Origin: Candidatus Bathyarchaeota archaeon
GTDB taxonomy: Archaea > Thermoproteota > Bathyarchaeia > Bathyarchaeales > Bathycorpusculaceae
NCBI GenBank assembly: GCA_963827165.1
Contig: CAWGZR010000005.1
Coordinates: 320,001-384,000, forward strand
Direction of reading: 5' to 3'
Length of the DNA: 64,000 bases
Every line of letters starts with the position of its first letter. The first letter of the stretch is position 1. This document shows positions 30,555 to 39,505 of this stretch, piece by piece. The position numbers were made by a program, and so were the translations under genes. Under the pieces are notes generated by a model that saw only the letters and a list, made by a program, of their open reading frames with translations, had not been told where the DNA came from and did not search any database.

Positions 30555-31774
30555 CATGGACGACCCCAAGCTACATAGTGCTTCCGATCTACGTTGCAAT
30601 AGTGGTCATCGGAATCTTGCTTATCTACAAGTTGACCAAAGACAAAACCAAGAACATAAGCTCTCTTAGGCTCTTCGTTCAAATCGCAGCCGTCTTCGCG
30701 CTTTTCATGGGCCTAATCTTAGGTCCCTTCGATGTCCCCCTTTACTCACCCCTGGGAATTGCGCCCAGGAGCTTATTGCTAGGTGGCAATCTGCTGGGAA
30801 ATCAGTTCCCCGACGGCATTTCCTTCCCAGTCTTAGCTTGTTACTACCCCAACGGACGAACTGTCACATGTCCAATCTGGCAGATTCAAGCATATATTTT
30901 CCCATTTTGGAATTACGCAAGAGGCTACGATGTAGTTTACTCAACGTCTGGTCTTGAGAAAATTGGCATAGTCATCGGCCTAGTCGCGATTGCTGCCATA
31001 ATTGCAGGCAGATTTTTCTGCGGTTGGCTTTGTCCCTTCGGCCTCTATCAGGACGTGTTGACACGTGTACGTAAGGCAACTAGGCTCAAGCACCTGACTT
31101 TTTCTGAGAAAACAAACAGAGCGCTAGCGCAATCAAGATGGATCATAATCGCTGTTTTCCTCATCCTCAGCGTCATGTTTGCGTCATACGAGATTTTCGG
31201 TCACCAGTTGATTCCAGGCACGACGCCTGGCGGACCCGAAGGAACGGAGGCAGGCAACGTCGGCTTCCTTAACGAGCCATTCTGCCTGGTTTGCCCCATG
31301 CGCCCGCTCTGCGTTTTGATTGAATGCGCTGTAGGCTCCATGAAGCTCTCTTACGTGTCCCAGATCATATATGGACCGCTAGCGATTCGCGGAGGCTACA
31401 TTTCATCCATAAACATCGCAGTTCTAATCGCAATAACAGCTTTAGCTTTAGCATACAGACGGTTTTTCTGCAGAATCTGTCCTTTGGGCGCCCTAACAGC
31501 AGCGTTCAGTGCTTACACCCCGTTCAGGCAAATCGCAATTACCAAGTTGGAGAAGAACGAGGAGAAATGCACCAAATGCGGTGTCTGTAAACGAGTCTGC
31601 CCAACCCAAGCCACAGACGTTTACGAGAAGAAAGGCGGCGACGTAACAGAATCCAGATGCATCCTATGTGCACGGTGTGTTGAAGCATGCCCATATGAGG
31701 ATGCGTTGGCTTTGAAAGTAGCGGGGCAAACTGTGATGCACTCAAGAAACTGGCTGGAAAAAGAATCTTCTTGA
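30551..31774 (+). CDS. NapH/MauN-like membrane polyferredoxin (4Fe-4S binding)
   Basis: GRFFCGWLCPFG, RRFFCRICPLG and two CxxCxxCxxxCP motifs. Confidence 0.88.
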   Translation: MTWTTPSYIVLPIYVAIVVIGILLIYKLTKDKTKNISSLRLFVQIAAVFALFMGLILGPFDVPLYSPLGIAPRSLLLGGNLLGNQFPDGISFPVLACYYPNGRTVTCPIWQIQAYIFPFWNYARGYDVVYSTSGLEKIGIVIGLVAIAAIIAGRFFCGWLCPFGLYQDVLTRVRKATRLKHLTFSEKTNRALAQSRWIIIAVFLILSVMFASYEIFGHQLIPGTTPGGPEGTEAGNVGFLNEPFCLVCPMRPLCVLIECAVGSMKLSYVSQIIYGPLAIRGGYISSINIAVLIAITALALAYRRFFCRICPLGALTAAFSAYTPFRQIAITKLEKNEEKCTKCGVCKRVCPTQATDVYEKKGGDVTESRCILCARCVEACPYEDALALKVAGQTVMHSRNWLEKESS

Positions 31775-31850
31775 GAGGGAATTAGCGTTTTTCTCACCCT
31801 TGTTGGCCAATGGGATCTTTGACTTTAATGTTAAATGACGGTGGTCGCTT

Positions 31851-31950
31851 GTTGACTTTTGTTGACGTTAGTTGACTTTAGTAGACTTTTATTGACTTTA
31901 GTTGACTTTTGTTGACTATTGTTGACTTTGGTAGACTTTAGTTGACGCAA
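31851..31950 (+). repeat. 10-bp-period array D (10 units, GTWGACTTTW)
   Basis: gttgactttt gttgacgtta gttgacttta gtagactttt attgacttta gttgactttt gttgactatt gttgactttg gtagacttta gttgacgcaa. Confidence 0.95.
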
Positions 31951-31951
31951 C

Positions 31952-32010
31952 CTGCAGACAATTCAAGCCCTAAACCAAAAAAGCAATCCAAAACACAAAC
32001 GAAAAAAATC
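31952..32010 (+). promoter_or_regulatory. Conserved anchor motif, copy D
   Basis: CTGC AGACAATTCA AGCCCTAAAC CAAAAAA GCAA TCCAAAA CACAA ACGAAAAAAAT. Confidence 0.8.
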
Positions 32011-32070
32011 TGCGAAAATCCCGAAACCGCCACGACCCACATCTCTTCTTTACACTGTTAAACCTACATT

Positions 32071-32152
32071 GTCTTTTCTACCCTTTTATAGCGTCTTCTA
32101 GCGTTTTTTAGCGTTTTCTAGCTGAAAATAGCGTTTTATAGCATATTCTAGC
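32071..32152 (+). repeat. 10-bp-period array E (about 8 units, GCGTTTTMTA; TAGC every 10 bp)
   Basis: gtcttttcta cccttttata gcgtcttcta gcgtttttta gcgttttcta gctgaaaata gcgttttata gcatattcta gc. Confidence 0.9.
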
Positions 32153-32158
32153 TTCCAG

Positions 32159-32217
32159 TTGCAAGAGATACTAACCCCAAACTAAGAAAGCAATCTGTTT
32201 CACAACCAAAAAATTTG
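32159..32217 (+). promoter_or_regulatory. Conserved anchor motif, copy E
   Basis: TTGC AAGAGATACT AACCCCAAAC TAAGAAA GCAA TCTGTTT CACAA CCAAAAAAT. Confidence 0.75.
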
Positions 32218-32251
32218 TTCCGCAATCACGACGGCATGTGTCCACAGGTGC

Positions 32252-32512
32252 TCAAGCATCTTCGGGTTGATTAATCCAAACTTTGACTTTATCCTGCACC
32301 CTGACTCTCGCCTCTGTCTGCATCAACCGAACCTGCCCCTGAACTATCCTGTCATCAGTAGTGCAGAATTCCTTTCTTACGGCGTCCTCAAGCTTGGGCA
32401 CGTTGATGTGTTCAGCAGAGCCGACTTGGTTCCAGAATTTCATCTGTATCTTTATTCTTTTCTTTCGCGCTTCAGAATCCGAGTCTTTAGTCATCAAAGT
32501 TACCTTGCGCAA
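32252..32512 (-). CDS. Small basic protein, putative winged-helix DNA-binding protein (ATG at 32494 is an alternative start)
   Basis: Three predicted helices then a beta-hairpin (VRLMQTEARVRVQDKVKVWI); Arg/Lys-rich; TATA-like TTAATATA upstream at 32648-32641. Confidence 0.6.
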   Translation of the reverse strand: MRKVTLMTKDSDSEARKKRIKIQMKFWNQVGSAEHINVPKLEDAVRKEFCTTDDRIVQGQVRLMQTEARVRVQDKVKVWINQPEDA

Positions 32513-32820
32513 AATGGAAGTTCATTTTTCGCCTTGTGATGATCCACACATTCTTGGCAATTAGCGTGCCGAAGGCAATCTTTCTTTGGGCAGGGGCAAT
32601 TCGGAGCTGACATGAAATAAAGTAAAGTCAACAAAGGCAATATATTAATTGCTGAAGTAATTCAAACGGAATTGATTTAGGCGCAGCATAAGAGGATTAT
32701 TTGCTCGCCAGCTCTTTCCTGTGTCCCTGTTTGTTTAAAGTCGGATACATGCAAGGAAACTGGAAGTTAATTAAGAAAACTATAGAAATATGCTGATGGA
32801 TATGGCTATGAAGGATCGTC

Positions 32821-33609
32821 ATGGCTAAAGTTGCTTCGTCTTTGCGTAGACTCTTCATCTACTTGATAATAATGTTAATCGTAACTATAGGCGCTCTCTT
32901 CGTTTTTCACCAGTTCATCGCTGGACCCATAAGCTTGTCAAAACTGCTTGAGCAGGCTGTCGATATAATTATCAGCGTGGTTTTTTGGGTAACTGCGATA
33001 ATAATTATCCAGCGTTTCAAGCCGCTAATGGTCCAGAGACTTGGAGTTCAAGCTGGAACGTTAGTGCAGTACATCCTTCTCGCAATCGCGGTTGCGGTAA
33101 TGATTTTCGGAGTTTTGAACATCCTGAAAGTTTCCGCAACCGATCTTTTAGCAAGCGCAGGAATAATATCCGTTACCGTAGGCTTAGTCATATCCACGTT
33201 TGTAGGCAGCATATTATCAGGCTTCTTGGTTTTTACAACTTACAAATTCAAAGAAGGCGACGACGTTATAGTCAACAATATCCCTGGGAAAATCGAAGAA
33301 ATGACTGCCCTAGTCATGAGAATCAGAACCGACGTCGGCCAGGTTACTATTCCAAACAGCGCAATCGCTGCAGGCGGAGTAATCATAACCGATGTTCATG
33401 AATATCAACCGTCGAAAGAAAGCCGGTTGCACTACCAAGTAGGCGACCGTGTTGTAACTTCATTCATGAATGAGCAGGGTAAAATCAAGGCTATCACCTC
33501 GTTATATACGGTCATTCTCTTAGATTCGGGAAAGGAGGTAACGTTCCTGAACAATAGCATCCTTTCTGGCGGAGTGGTCATCGCAAAATTGACCCAGACG
33601 CCAAGCTAA
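32821..33609 (+). CDS. MscS-family mechanosensitive channel
   Basis: TM helices then FKEGDDVIVNNIPGKIEEM...VTIPNS; duplicated beta domain at the C-terminus. Confidence 0.85.
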   Translation: MAKVASSLRRLFIYLIIMLIVTIGALFVFHQFIAGPISLSKLLEQAVDIIISVVFWVTAIIIIQRFKPLMVQRLGVQAGTLVQYILLAIAVAVMIFGVLNILKVSATDLLASAGIISVTVGLVISTFVGSILSGFLVFTTYKFKEGDDVIVNNIPGKIEEMTALVMRIRTDVGQVTIPNSAIAAGGVIITDVHEYQPSKESRLHYQVGDRVVTSFMNEQGKIKAITSLYTVILLDSGKEVTFLNNSILSGGVVIAKLTQTPS

Positions 33610-33679
33610 AAAGAAAACAGCCTGCCATATTCTTAATTAGTAAGCGCATGCTACCCAGTGAAAACATCAGGGATACAAT

Positions 33680-34108
33680 ATGACCGCTGTCCCGTTTGCA
33701 AGCACATTTGTGGCTGTCGTCTTGATTCCAGTGGCTTTTCTTTTTGTTCACGCCTTCTTGAGCGGTAAGAGCAAAAAGCGTTTTCACCCCGTCTCAGGAT
33801 TCGCCGCCGTCGTCTGGGATCTTTCGGTTTCAATCGGTTATATGCTTTACAGAACTTTTGGTGGGGCAGTAAACGGGTCGACTCTTCAAATGAGCGGGCT
33901 TGTGAACGTCTATTTCATGGTTGTACACGTCCCCGTTGCAATCGTTGTCATGACTCTGGAGATACTTGTGCTCATCACTGGCTTTTGGGCGCTTAAAACA
34001 AGGAAAACCAACCGTTTTCACAGCAAACTAACAACACCACTTTTCTACATCTGGTGGTTTGCATTCCTCTCGGGAGAAATATTTTATATAATAATGTATC
34101 TGGTGTAG
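33680..34108 (+). CDS. Four-TM membrane protein (DUF420-like)
   Basis: Four hydrophobic helices with His residues (RFHP, VVHVP, RFHSK). Confidence 0.65.
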   Translation: MTAVPFASTFVAVVLIPVAFLFVHAFLSGKSKKRFHPVSGFAAVVWDLSVSIGYMLYRTFGGAVNGSTLQMSGLVNVYFMVVHVPVAIVVMTLEILVLITGFWALKTRKTNRFHSKLTTPLFYIWWFAFLSGEIFYIIMYLV

Positions 34109-34124
34109 AGGAATTAAGCAGATT

Positions 34125-34590
34125 TTAGGCGGTTTGGTTCCAGTAGACATCATTTTTGTACTGGTTTGCAACCGCCAGTGACTGGTCATCGTAGATTACA
34201 TCAAAGTTTTGAACCGTACTTATGAAGAGTTGACTGCAGTGTGCTCCAAACTTGACGCGAAGTGCCGTTAGCTTGCCAGATTCCCCATTTGCCGTCGCTT
34301 TGACTTCGTAAACCGCCACCAAAGTTCTGGGGCAAAACCAAGACGTTTTGAACCTTCACGTTGTTGGTTTCTTGGGGGTTCTCAACGACGAGTGTCCAAA
34401 ACTTTTGCATCGCCGCGAACTGGGAAGCCTGCAATAAGCCACTACCAGTGGGAACGCTACTGTTGGTGCTTTGCACTTGCTGGTCGCCCTGATAGTTGAA
34501 GACGACGACGTATTCTGCGCCGCTCTCTTAGAACTGCCGCATTGCTTTATGCATCTGATCTTCGGTTTGCAGAACCGACGGGTTTTGGCT
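34125..34590 (-). pseudogene. 5'-truncated remnant of a secreted hypothetical protein
   Basis: DQMHKAMRQF*ESGAEYVVVFNY...WGIW...KYGSKL / DVIYDD...YWNQT; in-frame stop plus a frameshift. Confidence 0.6.
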
Positions 34591-34697
34591 AAGGCCTCAG
34601 CGGGTTAGATAAGAATATATGCAGATGATTCCAGTAACGGCTAAATACTGCAAAGCGTAATTGCGTTGATTATTCAAGCACGTGGGAAGAACATAAA

Positions 34698-36035
34698 ATG
34701 GACAACTTCTCAAACTTATTCGAAAACTTGATTGAGGCAAGCCGCAAACACGAGCAGTACCGCGAAAAAGAATGCATAAACATGATTGCCAGCGAGGGGT
34801 TAAAGTCTCCAGCAGTCAATCAGATGCTGTGCTTCTCGCATGACCTCGCACAGAGATACGCCGAAGGAGACAACGACAGGGAAGGCCACGTCAAAAAACG
34901 TTACTATCAGGGACAGAAGTATATGTCCCAAATTGAGGATTACTCAACAGACCTGATGAAGAGCCTCTTTAAAGCCGACTGGGCAGACGTACGCTTGGTT
35001 TCAGGAACCCACGCGAACCTAGCCACTTTCAAAGGCTTGTCATTAGCATCAAAAAACAACAAAATGGTTGTCACGCCTCTAAGCTGCGGAGCCCACATCT
35101 CACACGACTACACAGGCTTAGCAGGCAACATACTGGGCTTAGACAACATAAATCACGTTTACAACGTAGACGAATTCAACATTGACCCAGAAAAATCAGC
35201 TTACGTCATCCGCGCAGCCAAACCCGGCATCGTCACATTCGGCGGCAGCCTCTTCCTGTTCCCGCACCCTATTAAAGAGTTAAGAGCCGTATGCGACGAA
35301 GTCGGCGCCTACATAGCCTACGATGCATCACACGTTCTAGGCTTAATAGCAGGCAACCAATTCCAAGACCCACTACGGGAAGGAGCAGACTTCATCACTT
35401 CTTCAACCCACAAAACCTTCCCAGGTCCACAAGGCGGCGTCATAATGGGAAACCAAAACAACCCAGCGCAAGAGAAAGCCGTCAAAAAAATCCAGTTCGC
35501 AATTTTCCCACTTACCGCCTCAAACACACATTTAGGAAGGTTACCGGCACTCGGAATAGCATCTTTAGAAATGAAGCTTTTCGGCTCAGATCTTGCAAAG
35601 CAGATAGTGAAGAACGCTCAGACCGCTGGGCAATACCTGTTTGAGAACGGAGTGGCAGTTCTCGCTGAGAAGAAAGGATTCACCAAAAGTCACCAAATCG
35701 CCGTTGACATCCGCGGTTTCGGGGGTGGCAACAAGATAGCGCAAGACCTCGAAGACGCAAACATAATCCTCAACAAAAACCTCTTGCCCTATGATGACCA
35801 GAGCAGCAAAGGGGATCCTTCAGGGTTAAGAATTGGCTTTCAAGATGTAACCCGAAGAGGCTTCAGAGAAAATGACATTAAACACCTATGTGACCTAATG
35901 CTCGACGTCATAAAGGGCAAGCGCCAACCCGCCGAGGTTAAACAAGATGTCACGTCATTGAGAAAGGAGTTTGGCGGAGTCAAATACGGCTTCCAAAACA
36001 TCGAAGAAGCCCTAAGCTACATAAAAAAGCCGTAG
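34698..36035 (+). CDS. glyA: Serine hydroxymethyltransferase (archaeal type)
   Basis: INMIASEG, YAEG, YDASHVLGLIAG, SSTHKTFPGPQGG, SGLRIG. Confidence 0.96.
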   Translation: MDNFSNLFENLIEASRKHEQYREKECINMIASEGLKSPAVNQMLCFSHDLAQRYAEGDNDREGHVKKRYYQGQKYMSQIEDYSTDLMKSLFKADWADVRLVSGTHANLATFKGLSLASKNNKMVVTPLSCGAHISHDYTGLAGNILGLDNINHVYNVDEFNIDPEKSAYVIRAAKPGIVTFGGSLFLFPHPIKELRAVCDEVGAYIAYDASHVLGLIAGNQFQDPLREGADFITSSTHKTFPGPQGGVIMGNQNNPAQEKAVKKIQFAIFPLTASNTHLGRLPALGIASLEMKLFGSDLAKQIVKNAQTAGQYLFENGVAVLAEKKGFTKSHQIAVDIRGFGGGNKIAQDLEDANIILNKNLLPYDDQSSKGDPSGLRIGFQDVTRRGFRENDIKHLCDLMLDVIKGKRQPAEVKQDVTSLRKEFGGVKYGFQNIEEALSYIKKP

Positions 36036-36146
36036 CATCCGATTTCTTTCATCAAGCTAAGAAACCATACGGATTTTAATGTGAAAGCCCACAAGCAAGG
36101 CTAAATATTAATAAGCGAAGCAAACGCATTTTGAAAACTGAAAACC

Positions 36147-36443
36147 ATGGTAGACCTTTTAATAATCTACGTCATAATTACCGCGATTGTTTTCATAGTG
36201 GTTTTCATGTTGCTTCCAAGGTACGGTCCACACACCGTTTCAAGGCTAACATGCCCAAAATGCAAAAAACAGTTCAATTATCATTGGGTTCCAGGAGCCA
36301 GTTTCATCTCGCTTTACCGTGGAAACACACGTCGGCTAAAATGTCCTTACTGCCACGAAGTATCAAAATACAATATCGCGATGACACGGTTGAGCAAGGA
36401 ACAAGTCGCCGCCTTGAAAAACAAAGCACCAAGCAAAAGATGA
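36147..36443 (+). CDS. Membrane-anchored Zn-ribbon protein
   Basis: N-terminal TM, CPKC, CPYC. Confidence 0.75.
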   Translation: MVDLLIIYVIITAIVFIVVFMLLPRYGPHTVSRLTCPKCKKQFNYHWVPGASFISLYRGNTRRLKCPYCHEVSKYNIAMTRLSKEQVAALKNKAPSKR

Positions 36444-36537
36444 GTACAAACTGTTTACTTTTGAGAATATTTAATATTGCGGGTTGCCAATCAGCTTAAA
36501 TCACCAATTTATAAAACATAGGATGAGTTGGCTCAAA

Positions 36538-37725
36538 ATGAAAGTGTTGTTAAACGATGGTTTGGAAAAGGAAGGCCTGCAGCTGCTTCAAAATGCTGGT
36601 GTAGAGACTGACACTCACAAAAGAGACACAGAAAAACTGGTTACCGACATAGGTGCCTTTGACGCCTTGATTGTGCGTAGCGCTACTAAGGTCACGAGGC
36701 AAGTCATTGAGGCAGGGGCAAAAGGCAAACTTAAAATCATCGGAAGGGCAGGCGTTGGGTTCGATAACATCGACGTGGCAGCTGCTTCAGAATACGGGAT
36801 AGTCGTCAAATCTGCACCCTACGGCAGCACAAATGCGGTGGCAGAGTTAACAATCGGCTTAATGCTTGCCATTTCAAGAAAAACTCCCCAAGCTCACCTT
36901 TCGCTGAAAGGCGGTGTTTGGAAAAAAGCGAAGCTCAAAGGCAACGAAATGTCGTACAAAACTTTGGGTATTTTGGGCTGCGGAAGAATCGGGCAGAAGC
37001 TGGCAGAAATTGCGCACCGTGGCTTTGAAATGGAAGTCATAGGTTTCGACATCAAGCCATGTTTTGAATCGGGCATAAAATTCATGACTAAAGAAGAGGT
37101 TCTCTCAAAGGCAGATTACGTGAGCGTCCACACTCCGGGTGGAAAGGAAGCGGTTATCGGCGAAAAAGAACTGGCCATAATGAAGCCTACAGCCTACTTG
37201 GTTAACACTTCTAGGGGCAACAACATAGACGAAGAGGCACTGTACAATGCGTTGAAAGAGGGAAAAATAGCTGGTGCAGCACTTGACGTCTACGTTGACG
37301 AACCCAAAGTGGAAGACGCCCAATTCAGCACCAAACTAACTGAATTGGAAAACGTGGTTCTAAGCAGCCACCTAGGAGCCTCAACCATTGAAGCTCAAAG
37401 GGAAACTTCAACGGAAATTGCCCGGGTAGTTTCAGGGTTCCTGCTGGGCGGCGACTTCTTAAACGCAGTTAACGCTGGCGAAAGCATTGAGCTTGAGGAA
37501 AAACCAGTTTACACCTTATTCATTCACCATCGCGATGTTCCGGGGGTCTTCGCAAACATCGACAAGGTCCTTGCTGAAAACGACATAAACATAAGAGCCA
37601 ACTATTCGAGGCAAATAGGAAACAGCGGATACGCAATCTCCGTGTATGTGCTCCACCAAAATGTCAGCCTCGAAATAATAAAGAAGCTCAAAGCAATCCC
37701 AAACATCTGCAACGTAAAAATCTAA
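36538..37725 (+). CDS. serA: D-3-phosphoglycerate dehydrogenase with a C-terminal ACT domain
   Basis: RAGVGFDNID, GCGRIG, NTSRG, ALDV...EP, HLGAST; HRDVPGV ACT; close to glyA. Confidence 0.9.
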   Translation: MKVLLNDGLEKEGLQLLQNAGVETDTHKRDTEKLVTDIGAFDALIVRSATKVTRQVIEAGAKGKLKIIGRAGVGFDNIDVAAASEYGIVVKSAPYGSTNAVAELTIGLMLAISRKTPQAHLSLKGGVWKKAKLKGNEMSYKTLGILGCGRIGQKLAEIAHRGFEMEVIGFDIKPCFESGIKFMTKEEVLSKADYVSVHTPGGKEAVIGEKELAIMKPTAYLVNTSRGNNIDEEALYNALKEGKIAGAALDVYVDEPKVEDAQFSTKLTELENVVLSSHLGASTIEAQRETSTEIARVVSGFLLGGDFLNAVNAGESIELEEKPVYTLFIHHRDVPGVFANIDKVLAENDINIRANYSRQIGNSGYAISVYVLHQNVSLEIIKKLKAIPNICNVKI

Positions 37726-37833
37726 GCGAATTTCGCCATATTTGCTTCACCGAGACTCCACCTTATGACCTCTGCGAGGAACCTTTGCCTGCCTTAATCA
37801 GGCATATTAACCCGTTTTATTTCTGTTGTAGCT

Positions 37834-38515
37834 ATGCGATTAGGAGTTCTGTTTTCAGGCGGCAAAGACTCCACCCTTGCCCTTCACTACGCTCAAGAGA
37901 AGGAAGAAGTGGCCTGCCTCATCACGTTGCTTTCTGAGAATAAGGAAAGCTACATGTTCCACACGCCAAACATTGACATCACTGCCCTCCAAGCCCATGC
38001 CTTAGCCTTACCCCAAATCGCGAAAACAACTCAAGGCGAAAAAGAGAAAGAGCTCTCAGACCTAGAAGAAGCCATCGCCGAAGCTGCGAGAAAATTCCGG
38101 ATTGAAGGGGTAGTTACGGGTGCGGTCGAGTCGGTCTATCAGGCGGAGCGGGTTCAACGCATTTGCAACAAGCAGGGTCTTTGGTGTTTTAATCCGCTTT
38201 GGAAGCATGACCAGAAAGCCCTGTTAGAGGAGCTTTTGGAAAAGCGTTTCAAGGTGGTTATTTCAGGGGTTTTCGCTTACCCTCTTGACGAAAAATGGCT
38301 TGGCAAAGAAATCGATGCACAGCTGATAGGCGCGGTTAGTTGATCTCCAGCTTAAGTACAGCATCAGTCCTTCGGGGGAAGGTGGGGAAATCGAAACCAC
38401 GGTTTTGGATTCGCCCCTGTTCAAGAAGAAAATCGAAATCCTCGACTATTCCGTTGACGCAAGGGGAAATTCGGGGGTTTTCAAAATCAATAAGGCCCGG
38501 CTGATTGAGAAATGA
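37834..38515 (+). CDS. Diphthine--ammonia ligase family PP-loop ATPase (Dph6-like); one indel near 38330
   Basis: FSGGKDS, SYMFH, PLWK, then SPSGEGGEIETTVLDSPLF in the shifted frame ending at TGA 38515. Confidence 0.88.
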
Positions 38516-39102
38516 TTTTGATTGTTGATCTGAACTACAAAAGGAATTCTTTGGGTTTTTACGAGTTCGTACTGCCGATAGCCGCCGCCGTTAAAACCCC
38601 CGACGATTGGACCGCCAAACATTATTTGGATGTCAACGACGAAGTCCTAAGCCAATGCGACGTAATCATCCTTTCAGGAACCCCACTTAAAGACACAGCT
38701 ACTTTAAGCCAGCCAGAAAGATTCCAATGGCTCAAAAAAACAGAGAAACCGGTGCTGGGCATCTGCGCGGGTATGCAGACAATCGGAGTAGTTTACGGCA
38801 TGAAGTTAACTCGTTGTTTGGAAATTGGGATGACACCGGTGAAAGCTCTTAAAAAAAACCCGCTTTTTTCAACTGACTTCAAGGCGTATTCACTTCACAG
38901 CTTCTGTGTCGAACCCACCGCCGATTTTGAAGTTTGGGGTAAATCCGATCTATGCGTTCAAGTAATAAAACACAAAGAAAAAAAAATCTACGGTACGCTT
39001 TTTCATCCCGAAGTCAGAAATCAAGAAATCATAAAGAAGTTCCTTGAAAATCAAAACAACCAAAAACAAAAAAAGTTTGCCGTCGACCAGTTACTTTCAT
39101 AG
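38512..39102 (+). CDS. Class I glutamine amidotransferase
   Basis: ILSG, PVLGICAGMQ, FHPE (Cys-His-Glu triad). Confidence 0.88.
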   Translation: MILIVDLNYKRNSLGFYEFVLPIAAAVKTPDDWTAKHYLDVNDEVLSQCDVIILSGTPLKDTATLSQPERFQWLKKTEKPVLGICAGMQTIGVVYGMKLTRCLEIGMTPVKALKKNPLFSTDFKAYSLHSFCVEPTADFEVWGKSDLCVQVIKHKEKKIYGTLFHPEVRNQEIIKKFLENQNNQKQKKFAVDQLLS

Positions 39103-39505
39103 CAGGCAAGGCACGAAATTTGTGGATAGTAGATCATCAATTGGTTTGATAAGAGTAAATTGAACCTGGATGTTCAAAATTTCTATTTATTCGCTCTTTG
39201 ATTGGGCTTCAATCGGGGTTGAATTTGCAAAATATTGTCAAACTGCGCCTTTATCTTACGAAAAAGTGAACTTGTGCACCATGGTTTTGTGGTGACTTTG
39301 AACTTGGGTGACGTTGATTTGCAGTGAAAACGCGGTAATTTGACTAGGTTCGTAAAAGTGGTCTGAGTTGAGACCTCGCGCCGTCTTAAAATCGTTTTCA
39401 ACAGCCACTCAGCGAGGAACTAATGATTGAGACAGAAACTTAATTACCGACCAAACCTCACATAGAATACAACTGGTTTTTACTGATTAATGAAGTGACT
39501 ATTAT

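Noticed and set aside
31952-31986. Anchor read as a bacterial sigma70 promoter on the minus strand (TTGCTT-N17)
   Set aside because: The host is archaeal and the would-be -10 hexamer is not conserved across the five copies.
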